Below, in pieces: positions 6,655 to 14,927 of a DNA stretch of 46,567 bases. Numbering within the stretch: position 1 is the first letter of the stretch; each line of letters starts with the position of its first letter. The stretch lies in the IMG/VR virus record IMGVR_UViG_3300048854_000105, positions 1-46,567 of that record. One strand, 5' to 3'. The notes under the pieces are model-generated. The model made no database searches, was not told the DNA's origin, and saw nothing but the letters and a program-made list of their open reading frames with translations. This stretch comes from a virus. The position numbers were made by a program, and so were the translations under genes.

Positions 6655-6941
6655 CCGGGATCGACTTCAAGAGAGTGGCAAAGGCGAACGTGCCGCAGAA
6701 CAAGCGCATGGTGCGGGGGAAGTACCAGAGGTTCCTGGACGAGCTCATGGACCTATCTCCGGGCGTTACAGCATGCGTGGAGATGCAGTGCAAGAAGGAT
6801 GGCTACAACGCCACTACCGAGCTGCGGAGGCTGGCGAAGAAAGAGGGAGTGGATCTGGGATGGAGCCGAAACCTTGACCACACCGAGTTTTATTACTGGG
6901 TCGAGCGGCCCAAGGCGCAACCGATTCGGAGGACAGCATGA
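6651..6941 (+). CDS. Hypothetical protein, 96 aa
   Basis: ATGA overlap with the upstream stop. It is an internal Met of track ORF 6552..6941. Confidence 0.5.
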   Translation: MTGIDFKRVAKANVPQNKRMVRGKYQRFLDELMDLSPGVTACVEMQCKKDGYNATTELRRLAKKEGVDLGWSRNLDHTEFYYWVERPKAQPIRRTA

Positions 6942-7645
6942 GAGAGAGACCGATATTGTTCAGCGCCCCGATGGTGAGGGCGATCCTTGAAGGCAGGAAA
7001 AGTCAGACGCGGCGGGTGGTGAAGGATTTTGACCCGAAGGGAAGTTGGGCTGAAGGGGGAGGAGAGATTGATTTTTGCTCGCTGACCGACATTGAACGTA
7101 TCGCAGTAGAACCTATAAAAGCGACTAAATACTGGAGACGAATCGTTTGCCCCTACGGCCAGCCAGGAGACCGGCTGTGGGTGAAAGAAGCTTATTACGC
7201 ATGGGGAAAGTGGATTCACAACGGCAAGACTAAGAGTGGTCGCCAGGCGTGGAAGTTTGTCCAGGTTGGGACGAGCATCCGCTATATGGACGGAAACAAG
7301 CCATCTAAGACCGCGAAGCGTGACGGCGAATGTGGGTGGGTATATCGCCACGGTCGTTTTATGCCGAAGAAACACTCTCGGCAAACAATTGAGATAACCG
7401 ATGTGCGCGTGCAGCGGTTGCAGGAGATCAGCGAAGAGGATGCAGCCGCGGAAGGTGCATCTCCATGGGAGTTCGGACCAGAACAGGCGTTGACGAGTGG
7501 TGAGCGCGGAGCTGTGCTCCCGTACCGCGGCGGCTTTGCATGTCTGTGGGACGAGATCAATGCTGATCGCGCAACCTGGTACTCCAACCCGTGGGTATGG
7601 GCTATCACCTTCAAGCGGATTGAAGCTGCGGAGCGTGCTGCATGA
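6938..7645 (+). CDS. ASCH-like (PUA-fold) phage protein
   Basis: PILFSAPMVRAILEGRKSQTRRV...PYGQPGDRLWVKE is the pattern I associate with phage ASCH-domain proteins. Confidence 0.5.
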   Translation: MRERPILFSAPMVRAILEGRKSQTRRVVKDFDPKGSWAEGGGEIDFCSLTDIERIAVEPIKATKYWRRIVCPYGQPGDRLWVKEAYYAWGKWIHNGKTKSGRQAWKFVQVGTSIRYMDGNKPSKTAKRDGECGWVYRHGRFMPKKHSRQTIEITDVRVQRLQEISEEDAAAEGASPWEFGPEQALTSGERGAVLPYRGGFACLWDEINADRATWYSNPWVWAITFKRIEAAERAA

Positions 7646-7815
7646 GCGCAGGACGCAAGCCAAACCTGATACGCGTGCAGTACCGCGAGCGCTACGGACT
7701 TAGCAAAAAGCAGGCCCACGACATCGATGAAGAACTATTCGAGAAGTTGGAGCGATGTGCGGACGATGCAGCGCGGCGCCTGTTGCTGGGAGTGAGCAGG
7801 AAGGAAGCAGCATGA
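7642..7815 (+). CDS. Hypothetical 57-aa protein (below the track cutoff)
   Basis: Hand translation MSAGRKPNLIRVQYRERYGLSKKQAHDIDEELFEKLERCADDAARRLLLGVSRKEAA. ATGA overlaps at both ends. Confidence 0.4.
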   Translation: MSAGRKPNLIRVQYRERYGLSKKQAHDIDEELFEKLERCADDAARRLLLGVSRKEAA

Positions 7816-7943
7816 AGGCCCGCAAGAAGGCAACCTACACCCTCGTACCGTGCGATTGGTGCTCTCGTGAGATAGGCGAGGAGTGCAGCAAGTGCGGAGG
7901 ATCGGGAAGCATTGGGGTTGTGGATAGGAAGGTGGCGAGATGA
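7812..7943 (+). CDS. 43-aa zinc-ribbon-like miniprotein
   Basis: MKARKKATYTLVPCDWCSREIGEECSKCGGSGS (CxxC...CxxC). ATGA-coupled. Confidence 0.4.
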   Translation: MKARKKATYTLVPCDWCSREIGEECSKCGGSGSIGVVDRKVAR

Positions 7944-8329
7944 AGATTTTCATACTTATTCTCTTGTGCGGGACTGCGATGGCGCAGAAGAAAGACTCAA
8001 CCGGAAATTTATGTCCGAATGTCGGGTCGTGCATTGTCAAGGGTATAAGCCAAGATGTTACTCGCGACAGCGCAGCGAGCAAGTGTGGCGATGATCCATG
8101 CGATGCGCTTTATAGGTACAGCTACTATCCATACTCCGAAACCACCAACTGCAAAATAAACGATCAGGGGCTAATTACCGTTTGCTGGGAAGGGCCACCG
8201 GCTAAGAAGGATAAGGCTTCCGTGCCATCGCTAGAAGCCCGCATCGCTGCGCTAGAGAAGCGCATCGCGGATCTAGAAGCTAGGACCTTCGGGAGAGCCG
8301 AGTTTACTACCGATCGGAGTTCTCACTGA
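7940..8329 (+). CDS. Secreted Cys-containing protein with a C-terminal coiled coil
   Basis: MKIFILILLCGTAMAQ is signal-peptide-like. LEARIAALEKRIADLEAR is a heptad repeat. Confidence 0.55.
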   Translation: MKIFILILLCGTAMAQKKDSTGNLCPNVGSCIVKGISQDVTRDSAASKCGDDPCDALYRYSYYPYSETTNCKINDQGLITVCWEGPPAKKDKASVPSLEARIAALEKRIADLEARTFGRAEFTTDRSSH

Positions 8330-8520
8330 TGGCATGGCAGGAAGAGATCCAGAAGGTTCTACCTGGTGCCCAACTGCGGCGGCGGATCGCCATCTACAAC
8401 TCAAAGGATCGGTACTGGATCGTGAACGCACAGGGCCGGATCATATCGCGTAAGTCGAATCACCCAGACGGGGCATGGATGGACGCTCTGGCTGGCTACA
8501 GGGCAGGGAGGAAGATATGA
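8329..8520 (+). CDS. Hypothetical protein, 63 aa
   Basis: Track ORF. TGATG junction. Confidence 0.45.
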   Translation: MAWQEEIQKVLPGAQLRRRIAIYNSKDRYWIVNAQGRIISRKSNHPDGAWMDALAGYRAGRKI

Positions 8521-8696
8521 ACGATGTAATCCTACCGATATTGGTGGCGGCGGTATTCGTCCTTGCAGCAGCCTTTATAGATGAAATCGGGTATACGCGG
8601 GCGGTTAGAGACTCACTGAAAGATAACCCTCCCTCTCGGTGGAAGAAAGCTCTTATTGACGCCGAGGCAGAACGCGCAAAGGAGGCCATCAAATGA
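8517..8696 (+). CDS. 59-aa TM protein
   Basis: MNDVILPILVAAVFVLAAAFI. ATGA overlap. Confidence 0.45.
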   Translation: MNDVILPILVAAVFVLAAAFIDEIGYTRAVRDSLKDNPPSRWKKALIDAEAERAKEAIK

Positions 8697-8899
8697 TGGT
8701 TTGGGGATCATGCGCATGCGGATGGGTAGGAGTAGCGGAAGGCTTTGAAGATTTGCTGAGCATGGGCCATAAGTGCTCTCTTCCGGTGAAGACAAGAACC
8801 TTCGTTACATCAAGGATGGCTCCCGATGGCGTGGACCTGCTGCTTTACGAGGCGCGGAACATGAAGGCGCTGGAAGCGGTGAATTGGGAGGTCGCGTGA
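8693..8899 (+). CDS. Hypothetical protein, 68 aa
   Basis: Track ORF, ATGA-coupled. Confidence 0.45.
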   Translation: MMVWGSCACGWVGVAEGFEDLLSMGHKCSLPVKTRTFVTSRMAPDGVDLLLYEARNMKALEAVNWEVA

Positions 8900-9930
8900 A
8901 TTTCAGGATCGAGGTCGGCGACGTGCTTGAGACTCTGCACGATATGACTGATGAGTCTGTACATTGTGTCGTCACATCGCCGCCATATTGGGGATTGCGT
9001 GACTACGGCGTAGACGGTCAGATAGGTCTGGAGGAAACTCCTGAAGAGTTCATCGCCAAGCTGGTGGAAGTATTCCGCGAGGTGCGGCGTGTGCTGCGCA
9101 GCGACGGGACCTGCTGGGTGAACATGGGAGACTCCTACGCCGGTTCATGGGGTGCGCAGAGCCGAGGCAATACCACTGGAGAGGCTAAATCGAAGCTAGA
9201 GGGGTCATCGGCTTTATATGCTCGATCGATAACGGCTCACCCGCTAGGCGATACCGGAGTAGGGAGCATGAAGCGAACGCCTGGCATGAAGCCAAAAGAC
9301 CTATGCGGTATCCCTTGGATGCTGGCCTTTGCTCTTCGTGCTGATGGCTGGTGGCTGCGTCAGGACATCATCTGGTCGAAGCCAAACCCGATGCCGGAGA
9401 GCGTAACCGATCGCTGCACAAAGGCTCATGAATATATCTTCCTGCTGACCAAAAGTGCGCGTTACTTCTATGACGCCGATGCTATCAAGGAACCTGCCGG
9501 CGGATGGAATGGTTCAGAGTTTCATGATGGAAAGAACCTGATTGTTCACCCGAACGTGGGTAAAAACCGCCCCAGCGTTCCTAAAGGCGTGTTCAAGGGT
9601 AAGACTGCCGGTTGCGCCAATGGGAATGAAGCATTTCGTGCTGTGACAGAGACGCGAAACAAGCGAAGCGTATGGGAGATCGCCACGGAGCCATTCCCAG
9701 AGGCGCACTTCGCTACGTTCCCGACTGAGTTGGTTCGCCCCTGCGTGCTTGCGGGATGTCCTGAAGGTGGTACGATACTCGACCCGTTCAACGGCTCGGG
9801 AACTACTGGAGTTGTCGCGCTCCGCCATCAACGCAATTACATCGGGATTGAGCTAAACCCTGAATATGCGGCAATGGCTGAGAGGCGCATCCGCAATGAC
9901 AACCCCATGTTCAATGAGGCTTGCGCATGA
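8896..9930 (+). CDS. DNA methyltransferase, N6-adenine/N4-cytosine family (beta class). Start is GTG 8896, not track start 8773.
   Basis: Motif IV is VVTSPPYW near the N-terminus and motif I is DPFNGSGTTG near the C-terminus. GGGAGG lies upstream and there is a GTGA overlap. Confidence 0.8.
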   Translation: MNFRIEVGDVLETLHDMTDESVHCVVTSPPYWGLRDYGVDGQIGLEETPEEFIAKLVEVFREVRRVLRSDGTCWVNMGDSYAGSWGAQSRGNTTGEAKSKLEGSSALYARSITAHPLGDTGVGSMKRTPGMKPKDLCGIPWMLAFALRADGWWLRQDIIWSKPNPMPESVTDRCTKAHEYIFLLTKSARYFYDADAIKEPAGGWNGSEFHDGKNLIVHPNVGKNRPSVPKGVFKGKTAGCANGNEAFRAVTETRNKRSVWEIATEPFPEAHFATFPTELVRPCVLAGCPEGGTILDPFNGSGTTGVVALRHQRNYIGIELNPEYAAMAERRIRNDNPMFNEACA

Positions 9931-10232
9931 GCACCCCCGAAGGAATCCTCAAGGCCGAGGTGAATGACTTTCTGAAGAAGTCGGGACGTGAGTGGATGCG
10001 CCTCAACAGTGGGGTTATCAAGTCGGGCCGGAGATTCATTCATCTATGCCCTGCAGGAACGGCTGACATCGTTGTCTACTGCCCTGACCCGCGGTGGATC
10101 GAGTTGAAGCAGGGTAAGACCAACCGCGAACAGAAAGAAGCGCAGGAGGCCTTCAGGACGCGAATGGAGGCCATTGGGCACAAGTATCTGAGAGCTACAT
10201 GTCTGGATGAAGTGATTGAGTTTGTGAAGTGA
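9927..10232 (+). CDS. VRR-NUC domain nuclease
   Basis: GTADIVVY...WIELKQGK...QKEAQEAF shows the D...ExK...Q pattern. ATGA overlap with the methyltransferase stop. Confidence 0.65.
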   Translation: MSTPEGILKAEVNDFLKKSGREWMRLNSGVIKSGRRFIHLCPAGTADIVVYCPDPRWIELKQGKTNREQKEAQEAFRTRMEAIGHKYLRATCLDEVIEFVK

Positions 10233-10482
10233 AATCCAAGAGCGAAAGGAGGTGATGACATTGACAAAACAGACGCTCCCAAACCGAAGACCGAATGGAC
10301 GGAAGAGGATTGGACTAATTATCGCGCTTACATGGATCTCAACTGTAGGCGCGGCGGTGGCCCAGACTTCTGTCACCCTTCCTATGGCGCGGATTGACCG
10401 CCGCCCGTAGGCACCGTATCGGCTGGCGCATGTGTGAACGGTGCGTTGCTTATTTGAAGTAACTGCCTTGGGAGGTTAGGCC

Positions 10483-10710
10483 ATGCCAAAATTTAGTCGT
10501 AAGCGTAAATTCACGGATCGTATGGCGGTGGTCTACGCTGTAGTTACAGAGGACGCGAAGGGAAAGCTAACCAGAATGGCCGGTACTGACTCATTCGGGC
10601 TAACTGTTGAGCAGTTGATTCAGCGAGAATATGCGAGGCGCGCAAAGCGTATGGGCATATCGCTATATGTTCAAGATTCCGCTTTGTCCCCGGAAGAATC
10701 AATGCAATGA
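10483..10710 (+). CDS. Hypothetical protein, 75 aa
   Basis: GGGAGG lies upstream of the ATG. Confidence 0.5.
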   Translation: MPKFSRKRKFTDRMAVVYAVVTEDAKGKLTRMAGTDSFGLTVEQLIQREYARRAKRMGISLYVQDSALSPEESMQ

Positions 10711-10826
10711 TTCGCTTAGAGCGACATATCTATTAACGGAATTGGGGAGGTAAGGGCACTCCCCAGATTTTTCGCTCAGCGGGTTAAGCTTCCCTAAAAA
10801 GCGAGCCTCACTCCCAAGGACATCCC

Positions 10827-11117
10827 ATGCCTCAAACCGTGCAGATGGTTGCCGTTCACTACGCAAATCGTAGTGGCCGAGGAAAAGCCGCGACTTTCGT
10901 GCCTTACGAGACGGCAAAGGATTGGGTTGAGGCCCATCTTGCCGTTTGGAGCAAGGGCGCGAAGTACATCAACCTTACGAAGACAGAGGCCGAGATTGCC
11001 CGTCCGCAGAGGTCGTTGACTATGGGGCCCTCGGTGATGGATGGGTGCGTTGCGGGTGATGAGTGCGATATGGCCTGCCGCGATGCATGGCTTCCGAAGC
11101 TTCCAATCGCAGCGTAA
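10827..11117 (+). CDS. Hypothetical protein, 96 aa; last gene before the late-region leader
   Basis: Track ORF. Its position suggests a late regulator, but no motif was recognised. Confidence 0.45.
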   Translation: MPQTVQMVAVHYANRSGRGKAATFVPYETAKDWVEAHLAVWSKGAKYINLTKTEAEIARPQRSLTMGPSVMDGCVAGDECDMACRDAWLPKLPIAA

Positions 11118-11228
11118 TTGAGGGGAAGCGCATCCTCTTCCGGTTGCTGACGGCCCGGAAATACCCACGCTAACTTTTATGCGGTAGTAGTCAGAGGTCA
11201 CCGACCGGGGAGTTTCGCAAAACTTAGG

Positions 11229-11310
11229 TTTGTGTGGCAAACGATTGCAGGAGGGCGACCGGAGCTCGCGGTTGTTTGAACAAACGAGGGTCTGCAAAAC
11301 GCCACACAAA
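11229..11310 (+). promoter_or_regulatory. 82-nt imperfect long hairpin inside the 420-nt non-coding region 11118..11536
   Basis: TTTGTGTGGC (11229-38) pairs with GCCACACAAA (11301-10). TTGCAG (11245-50) pairs with CTGCAA (11292-97). The apical pairing is GTTTG-aa-CAAAC. Confidence 0.4.
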
Positions 11311-11536
11311 GATTTATGCGGTCCCGTCGTACTGCTCATAAACGACATAGATTTTGTGCGGCGGCGTGGATGGACACGCGCCATGACGGATAGTTCTGCA
11401 TGAAGTGCCTCCGTCGCCCGGTTGCTGGACGCAGCGACCAGAAGTGCAGAGCTGGTATCAAGCCCAGCACGCACAATTCAAGTTTTAGCGACACTTTCGC
11501 GGGAAGGAAGTGATCTGAATCTAGGAGGGCAGTGCA

Positions 11537-11827
11537 TTGAAGTTCACGACCAAAGCTCTCAAGCACTGGAAGTCCAGTGCCTCCAACCTGCTTACTCTCG
11601 GCCTCGTAACCTGTGGGGCTCTGCTCTCGGTTCCGGGAGTGATAAGCCAGAAGCATGCGGCTGTGTTGATGGCGGTGCAGGGCATAGCTAAGGGCTGGAT
11701 TGGACTGATTCAAGAAGATGCTGGCGTGGTAGAAGCTAAGGTACCTGGCGAGTCCGGTACGCAGATGGTTCCCGCGCATGAAGTTCCGAACGACCCGGCT
11801 GCTACGCCGGTATCCGAAACGAAATAG
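11537..11827 (+). CDS. Two-TM small membrane protein, holin-like (TTG start)
   Basis: NLLTLGLVTCGALLSVPGVI and AAVLMAVQGIAKGWIGLI are hydrophobic segments. AGGAGGG lies upstream. First gene of the late block. Confidence 0.4.
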   Translation: MKFTTKALKHWKSSASNLLTLGLVTCGALLSVPGVISQKHAAVLMAVQGIAKGWIGLIQEDAGVVEAKVPGESGTQMVPAHEVPNDPAATPVSETK

Positions 11828-11836
11828 GAGATTCCA

Positions 11837-12262
11837 ATGGCAACCACACTGCCCGTAGTTCCCGCACCTCCGAAGCCGAATAAGTTCGTCTCCTTCCTCT
11901 CATCTCTGGTTCATGCCGTCGATAAGGGCCTAGCATGGGCGGTGAAGTATGCCATTCCGGTAGCTTCTCTCGTTGGCATGATCTTCCCGCCTGCGAAGGC
12001 TGCTGCTGCCGGTACTGCCGCGGCCACGGCTCTCATCCAGAAGGCCGTCATCCTGGTAGAGCAGAAGTATGCCGCCTCTGGTGCGGCAACCGGTACGGGA
12101 TCTCAGAAGTTAGCTGAAGTGCTGTTGCTGACTCAGGACGCCGTCATCCAGTTGCTGAAAGCAGAAGGCATCGAAGCCGACACGAGCTACGTTACCAACA
12201 TCGTCAATGCGGTTGTGGGCATCCTGAATGTACAGGGTGCGATCAACACCGTGGCTGCGTAA
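11837..12262 (+). CDS. Membrane-associated protein with resemblance to LL-H-type holins
   Basis: A hydrophobic N-terminal half is followed by GTGSQKLAEVLLLTQDAVIQLLKAEGIEADTSYVTNIVNAVVGIL. The match is from memory only. Confidence 0.3.
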   Translation: MATTLPVVPAPPKPNKFVSFLSSLVHAVDKGLAWAVKYAIPVASLVGMIFPPAKAAAAGTAAATALIQKAVILVEQKYAASGAATGTGSQKLAEVLLLTQDAVIQLLKAEGIEADTSYVTNIVNAVVGILNVQGAINTVAA

Positions 12263-12322
12263 TCTTGCATCACTTTCGCTTTTGCCTCGGTTCAATCAGC
12301 GCATCCAAACTGGAGAGAGAAC

Positions 12323-12559
12323 GTGGCAGAGCCGGGCTATAACTCCGAATCAGGCCGTCACCGTATCGACAAGATATGGAACGATCTGTATCACGGAAAC
12401 GGAAAGCCAGGCGTCTGCACCAGACTCGAACTCCTGGAGGACGCTATGGACCGCACAGAGAATGCAATTGAGAAGTTCAACAAGACATTGGATCGCGTCG
12501 TTTGGCTTATTGTCAGCGGCGTGATCCTTGCCGTTTTGAATCTCGTAGTCCACCGATGA
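12323..12559 (+). CDS. 78-aa protein with a C-terminal TM anchor (GTG start)
   Basis: VVWLIVSGVILAVLNLVV is a C-terminal hydrophobic helix. Confidence 0.45.
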   Translation: MAEPGYNSESGRHRIDKIWNDLYHGNGKPGVCTRLELLEDAMDRTENAIEKFNKTLDRVVWLIVSGVILAVLNLVVHR

Positions 12560-12565
12560 GGGAGC

Positions 12566-12694
12566 ATGACTGACTGGTATCCGTATCTGGTGATCGGAGC
12601 ATGGAGTACTGCCGCACTCATTGTTTCCTACTACCTTGGGTTTCGTGCTGGTAAGAGATCAGCGCATCCGCGATGGTGCGCGGGCGTTTCGTGA
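12566..12694 (+). CDS. 42-aa TM miniprotein
   Basis: GAGGGAG lies upstream. MTDWYPYLVIGAWSTAALIVSYYLGFRAGKRSAHPRWCAGVS. Confidence 0.35.
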   Translation: MTDWYPYLVIGAWSTAALIVSYYLGFRAGKRSAHPRWCAGVS

Positions 12695-12698
12695 AGCG

Positions 12699-12836
12699 CT
12701 AGAACGAAATTTCATTGGCGTGCTTTATGAACTCGCGGCAGGATTCACAGGTTGACTGTTTGGAGTAGAAGGTCCCGCATGCCGGGCAACGACAGGCCTT
12801 CATCCATGCTTTCCATATTATGCGGATCAGTTTCAT
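12699..12836 (-). CDS. 45-aa zinc-ribbon miniprotein (paralog of 12846..12989)
   Basis: MKLIRIIWKAWMKACRCPACGTFYSKQSTCESCREFIKHANEISF. GAGGTGA lies upstream. Confidence 0.45.
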   Translation of the reverse strand: MKLIRIIWKAWMKACRCPACGTFYSKQSTCESCREFIKHANEISF

Positions 12837-12845
12837 TGATTCACC

Positions 12846-12989
12846 TCAACCATTAGAGCGTCGGAAATCATCAAGGCTCTCGCACTCGGGACAGTCTTCA
12901 TTGCCTCCTGAACGGTTGCCACACCACTCACAGCGGCTATTCTTCACCCAAGCGCGCCAGGCCGAACGGATTCTCTGAACCACGTTCAT
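12846..12989 (-). CDS. 47-aa zinc-ribbon miniprotein
   Basis: MNVVQRIRSAWRAWVKNSRCEWCGNRSGGNEDCPECESLDDFRRSNG. ATGA overlap with the upstream micro-ORF. Confidence 0.45.
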   Translation of the reverse strand: MNVVQRIRSAWRAWVKNSRCEWCGNRSGGNEDCPECESLDDFRRSNG

Positions 12990-13156
12990 CGGCTCCTCCA
13001 GTAACGGTACAGCTCGCCGATCCTATCCATCAGCCAATCCACCGCGAGCGTAATCGGTAGCGCCAGGATGATCGCTATGGCCAAGCCCTTCCAGTTGAAG
13101 AAAATCGGCGCCATAGCTTTCTCGCGTAATTCGGGAGGCACTTCCTGATAAAGCAT
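12986..13156 (-). CDS. TM miniprotein, 42 or 56 aa (starts 13114 or 13156)
   Basis: MAPIFFNWKGLAIAIILALPITLAVDWLMDRIGELYRYWRSR. The stop overlaps the next ATG. Confidence 0.4.
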   Translation of the reverse strand: MLYQEVPPELREKAMAPIFFNWKGLAIAIILALPITLAVDWLMDRIGELYRYWRSR

Positions 13157-13182
13157 AGAAATATTGTATTCCAGGGGAGTTT

Positions 13183-13479
13183 ATGACGAAACAGATCGCG
13201 GTATTCCTTCTCGGCACGGCTTCAATAGCCTGCATGGGTCAGGTAAAGGAAAGCGACCGCATCTCCCAGTTGCAGAACGAGAACGCAGTTTTGCGCTTAC
13301 AAGTCAGCAACTTACAGAGCATGATGATTCGTTCGCAGGCAAATGATGCTCTGAAGACTCTAGAGAGTGACCACGCCAAGGCGGTATCTGACCTCGAGAG
13401 GCTGAATCCTGGCATGAAGTGGGACGATCAGCAGGGCAAACTGGTCCCCGCGGACAAGAAGGCCAATGCGAGCCATTGA
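13183..13479 (+). CDS. Secreted or lipoprotein-like coiled-coil protein (spanin-like features)
   Basis: MTKQIAVFLLGTASIAC is signal-like and ends in Cys, followed by a heptad-rich region. GGGGAG lies upstream. Confidence 0.45.
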   Translation: MTKQIAVFLLGTASIACMGQVKESDRISQLQNENAVLRLQVSNLQSMMIRSQANDALKTLESDHAKAVSDLERLNPGMKWDDQQGKLVPADKKANASH

Positions 13480-13660
13480 GATAGCCTGCCCGGTCTGCGC
13501 ACAGCAGCCGAACGAGGTTTGTGTAGACCAATACCGGTTGCCGCTCAGCTATTACCATGCGGGCCGCATTTCTTATGCAGTGCTGGCAGATGCATGCAGA
13601 GGTGAGCCAGTAAGCAGGGAAGCGTTCGACCGGGCGGTAGAAGACAGCGGTGAGGTTTGA
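13466..13660 (+). CDS. Hypothetical protein, 64 aa
   Basis: Track ORF. It begins with a CPVC motif. Confidence 0.4.
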   Translation: MRAIEIACPVCAQQPNEVCVDQYRLPLSYYHAGRISYAVLADACRGEPVSREAFDRAVEDSGEV

Positions 13661-13848
13661 AGGCCCGCGTTTACTGCTTCGGTCATGGATGGGCTTTAGA
13701 GATGGGCGCCTATACGCGCTATGTGGGCAGCTTTGCCGAGATCTGGCCTATGTTTGATGAATGGTGCGCTCAGGTTCAGATAGCCGCATGGCTGGACATC
13801 TATAAGGAGCGCATGGGCACTGAAGCGCACACGAGAGGGACAGCGTGA
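13657..13848 (+). CDS. Hypothetical protein, 63 aa (non-ATG start)
   Basis: Track ORF with a 4-nt overlap with its neighbours. Confidence 0.4.
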   Translation: MKARVYCFGHGWALEMGAYTRYVGSFAEIWPMFDEWCAQVQIAAWLDIYKERMGTEAHTRGTA

Positions 13849-14054
13849 ATAAGTGGAAATTCCGTAGGCTATGGGCCCAAGATTATCTCCGATATGAGTG
13901 GCGAGGAATCAATCCCATTGGAATTAAGGTTGTATGCCCCAAATTTACTTTGGGAGAGGCTATAGATTTCGCCCTGAAGTCCGCGGAAGGGTATCGACCA
14001 GATATGGGCGATGTCGTTATTAGGGCAGCGCGGCAGGGGAGAGGAATGGCGTAA
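13845..14054 (+). CDS. Hypothetical protein, 69 aa (GTG start)
   Basis: Track ORF with a 4-nt overlap. Confidence 0.4.
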   Translation: MNKWKFRRLWAQDYLRYEWRGINPIGIKVVCPKFTLGEAIDFALKSAEGYRPDMGDVVIRAARQGRGMA

Positions 14055-14081
14055 TGGCCACTCAAAACAGTGGAGACTTCA

Positions 14082-14435
14082 ATGGCTGGGATGATTGAGA
14101 ACCTAACCCCTTGGAAACCGGGGCAATCTGGCAATCCTGGCGGACGTCCGAAGAAGCTACCTGTTACGGATTACCTCCGCGAGCAACTGGAGCGACCCAT
14201 CCCCGAGGCGATGCGGGAGAAGCTCCCTCCGATCTTCGTGGAGATTTACGGCCCCGAGGCTACATTCGGGCAAATGGTTGCATTCAAGCTGATTGCTTCA
14301 TCTGCCAAAGGCGATGTATTCGCTCTCAAGGAACTGTTAGACCGCGTTGAGGGCAAGGTTACCCAGAAATTGGCCGGCGATGATGGCGGTCCGATTCAGT
14401 TCACACTAACCCGCGCAGGGTCCAAGGAGAAATAA
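14082..14435 (+). CDS. Putative small terminase subunit (DUF5681-like)
   Basis: WKPGQSGNPGGRPKK is the motif typical of DUF5681 proteins found upstream of terminase large-subunit genes. GGAG lies 6 nt before ATG 14082. Confidence 0.5.
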   Translation: MAGMIENLTPWKPGQSGNPGGRPKKLPVTDYLREQLERPIPEAMREKLPPIFVEIYGPEATFGQMVAFKLIASSAKGDVFALKELLDRVEGKVTQKLAGDDGGPIQFTLTRAGSKEK

Positions 14436-14921
14436 ATGGCAGACGAGCAGAACGAAGTAGAGCAGCCCTCCCCGGTTGTAACGAACAACACCCCAGAGCA
14501 GGTTGTCGTAGAAGGCACTCCTGTGAAGGATGAGCCCAAGGTTGACCCGGCAACGGACTTCGCCTCTTCGGCGCTTCCGTATCACACGGCAGAGACAGAG
14601 AAGATTGCGGCAGATCGCGCTGAAGAGATCGCCAATGCTGAGCCTAAGCCTTACCGCTACGAGATCAACGACTATGTTGTGACCGAAGAGGAAGGCCCCA
14701 ACCCGCAGGCGACGACTCCTGAGGATGCGAACAAGCTGTGGAAGGTCACTTCGGGCGAGTTCGTGCAGTTCTTCGGCAACAAGCGAGCGGCTGAGATCTT
14801 CGCAGAGACTCACTCCCCGCAGTTTGCTAAGAATGCGACGGCGGCATCGAGCCAAATAAGAAGCTACCTGTCACAGTTTACCTCCGCGAGCCAAGCTGTA
14901 CAGGACGTACCGAAGACTTAG
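14436..14921 (+). CDS. Acidic hypothetical protein, 161 aa
   Basis: Track ORF lying between the two terminase genes. Confidence 0.5.
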   Translation: MADEQNEVEQPSPVVTNNTPEQVVVEGTPVKDEPKVDPATDFASSALPYHTAETEKIAADRAEEIANAEPKPYRYEINDYVVTEEEGPNPQATTPEDANKLWKVTSGEFVQFFGNKRAAEIFAETHSPQFAKNATAASSQIRSYLSQFTSASQAVQDVPKT

Positions 14922-14927
14922 TTCGTC

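Noticed and set aside
6893-7663. 256-aa minus-strand ORF
   Set aside because: It is antisense to the ASCH-like gene, with an R/S/P/L-rich low-information sequence and no coupling to neighbours.
8773-8895. Upstream extension of the methyltransferase ORF
   Set aside because: It overlaps 8693..8899. GTG 8896 has a GGGAGG RBS and a GTGA junction, and motif IV follows shortly after.
10794-11474. 226-aa minus-strand ORF spanning 10827..11117 and the non-coding leader
   Set aside because: It runs antisense through a plus-strand gene and then through a hairpin- and repeat-rich region. Its composition is not protein-like.
12702-12713. A third operator-like site (cgaaatttc) at the convergent gene junction
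   Set aside because: It is a single 9-nt match without the paired palindrome or a TTGAC, and it lies inside the coding end of a micro-ORF. A chance occurrence cannot be excluded.
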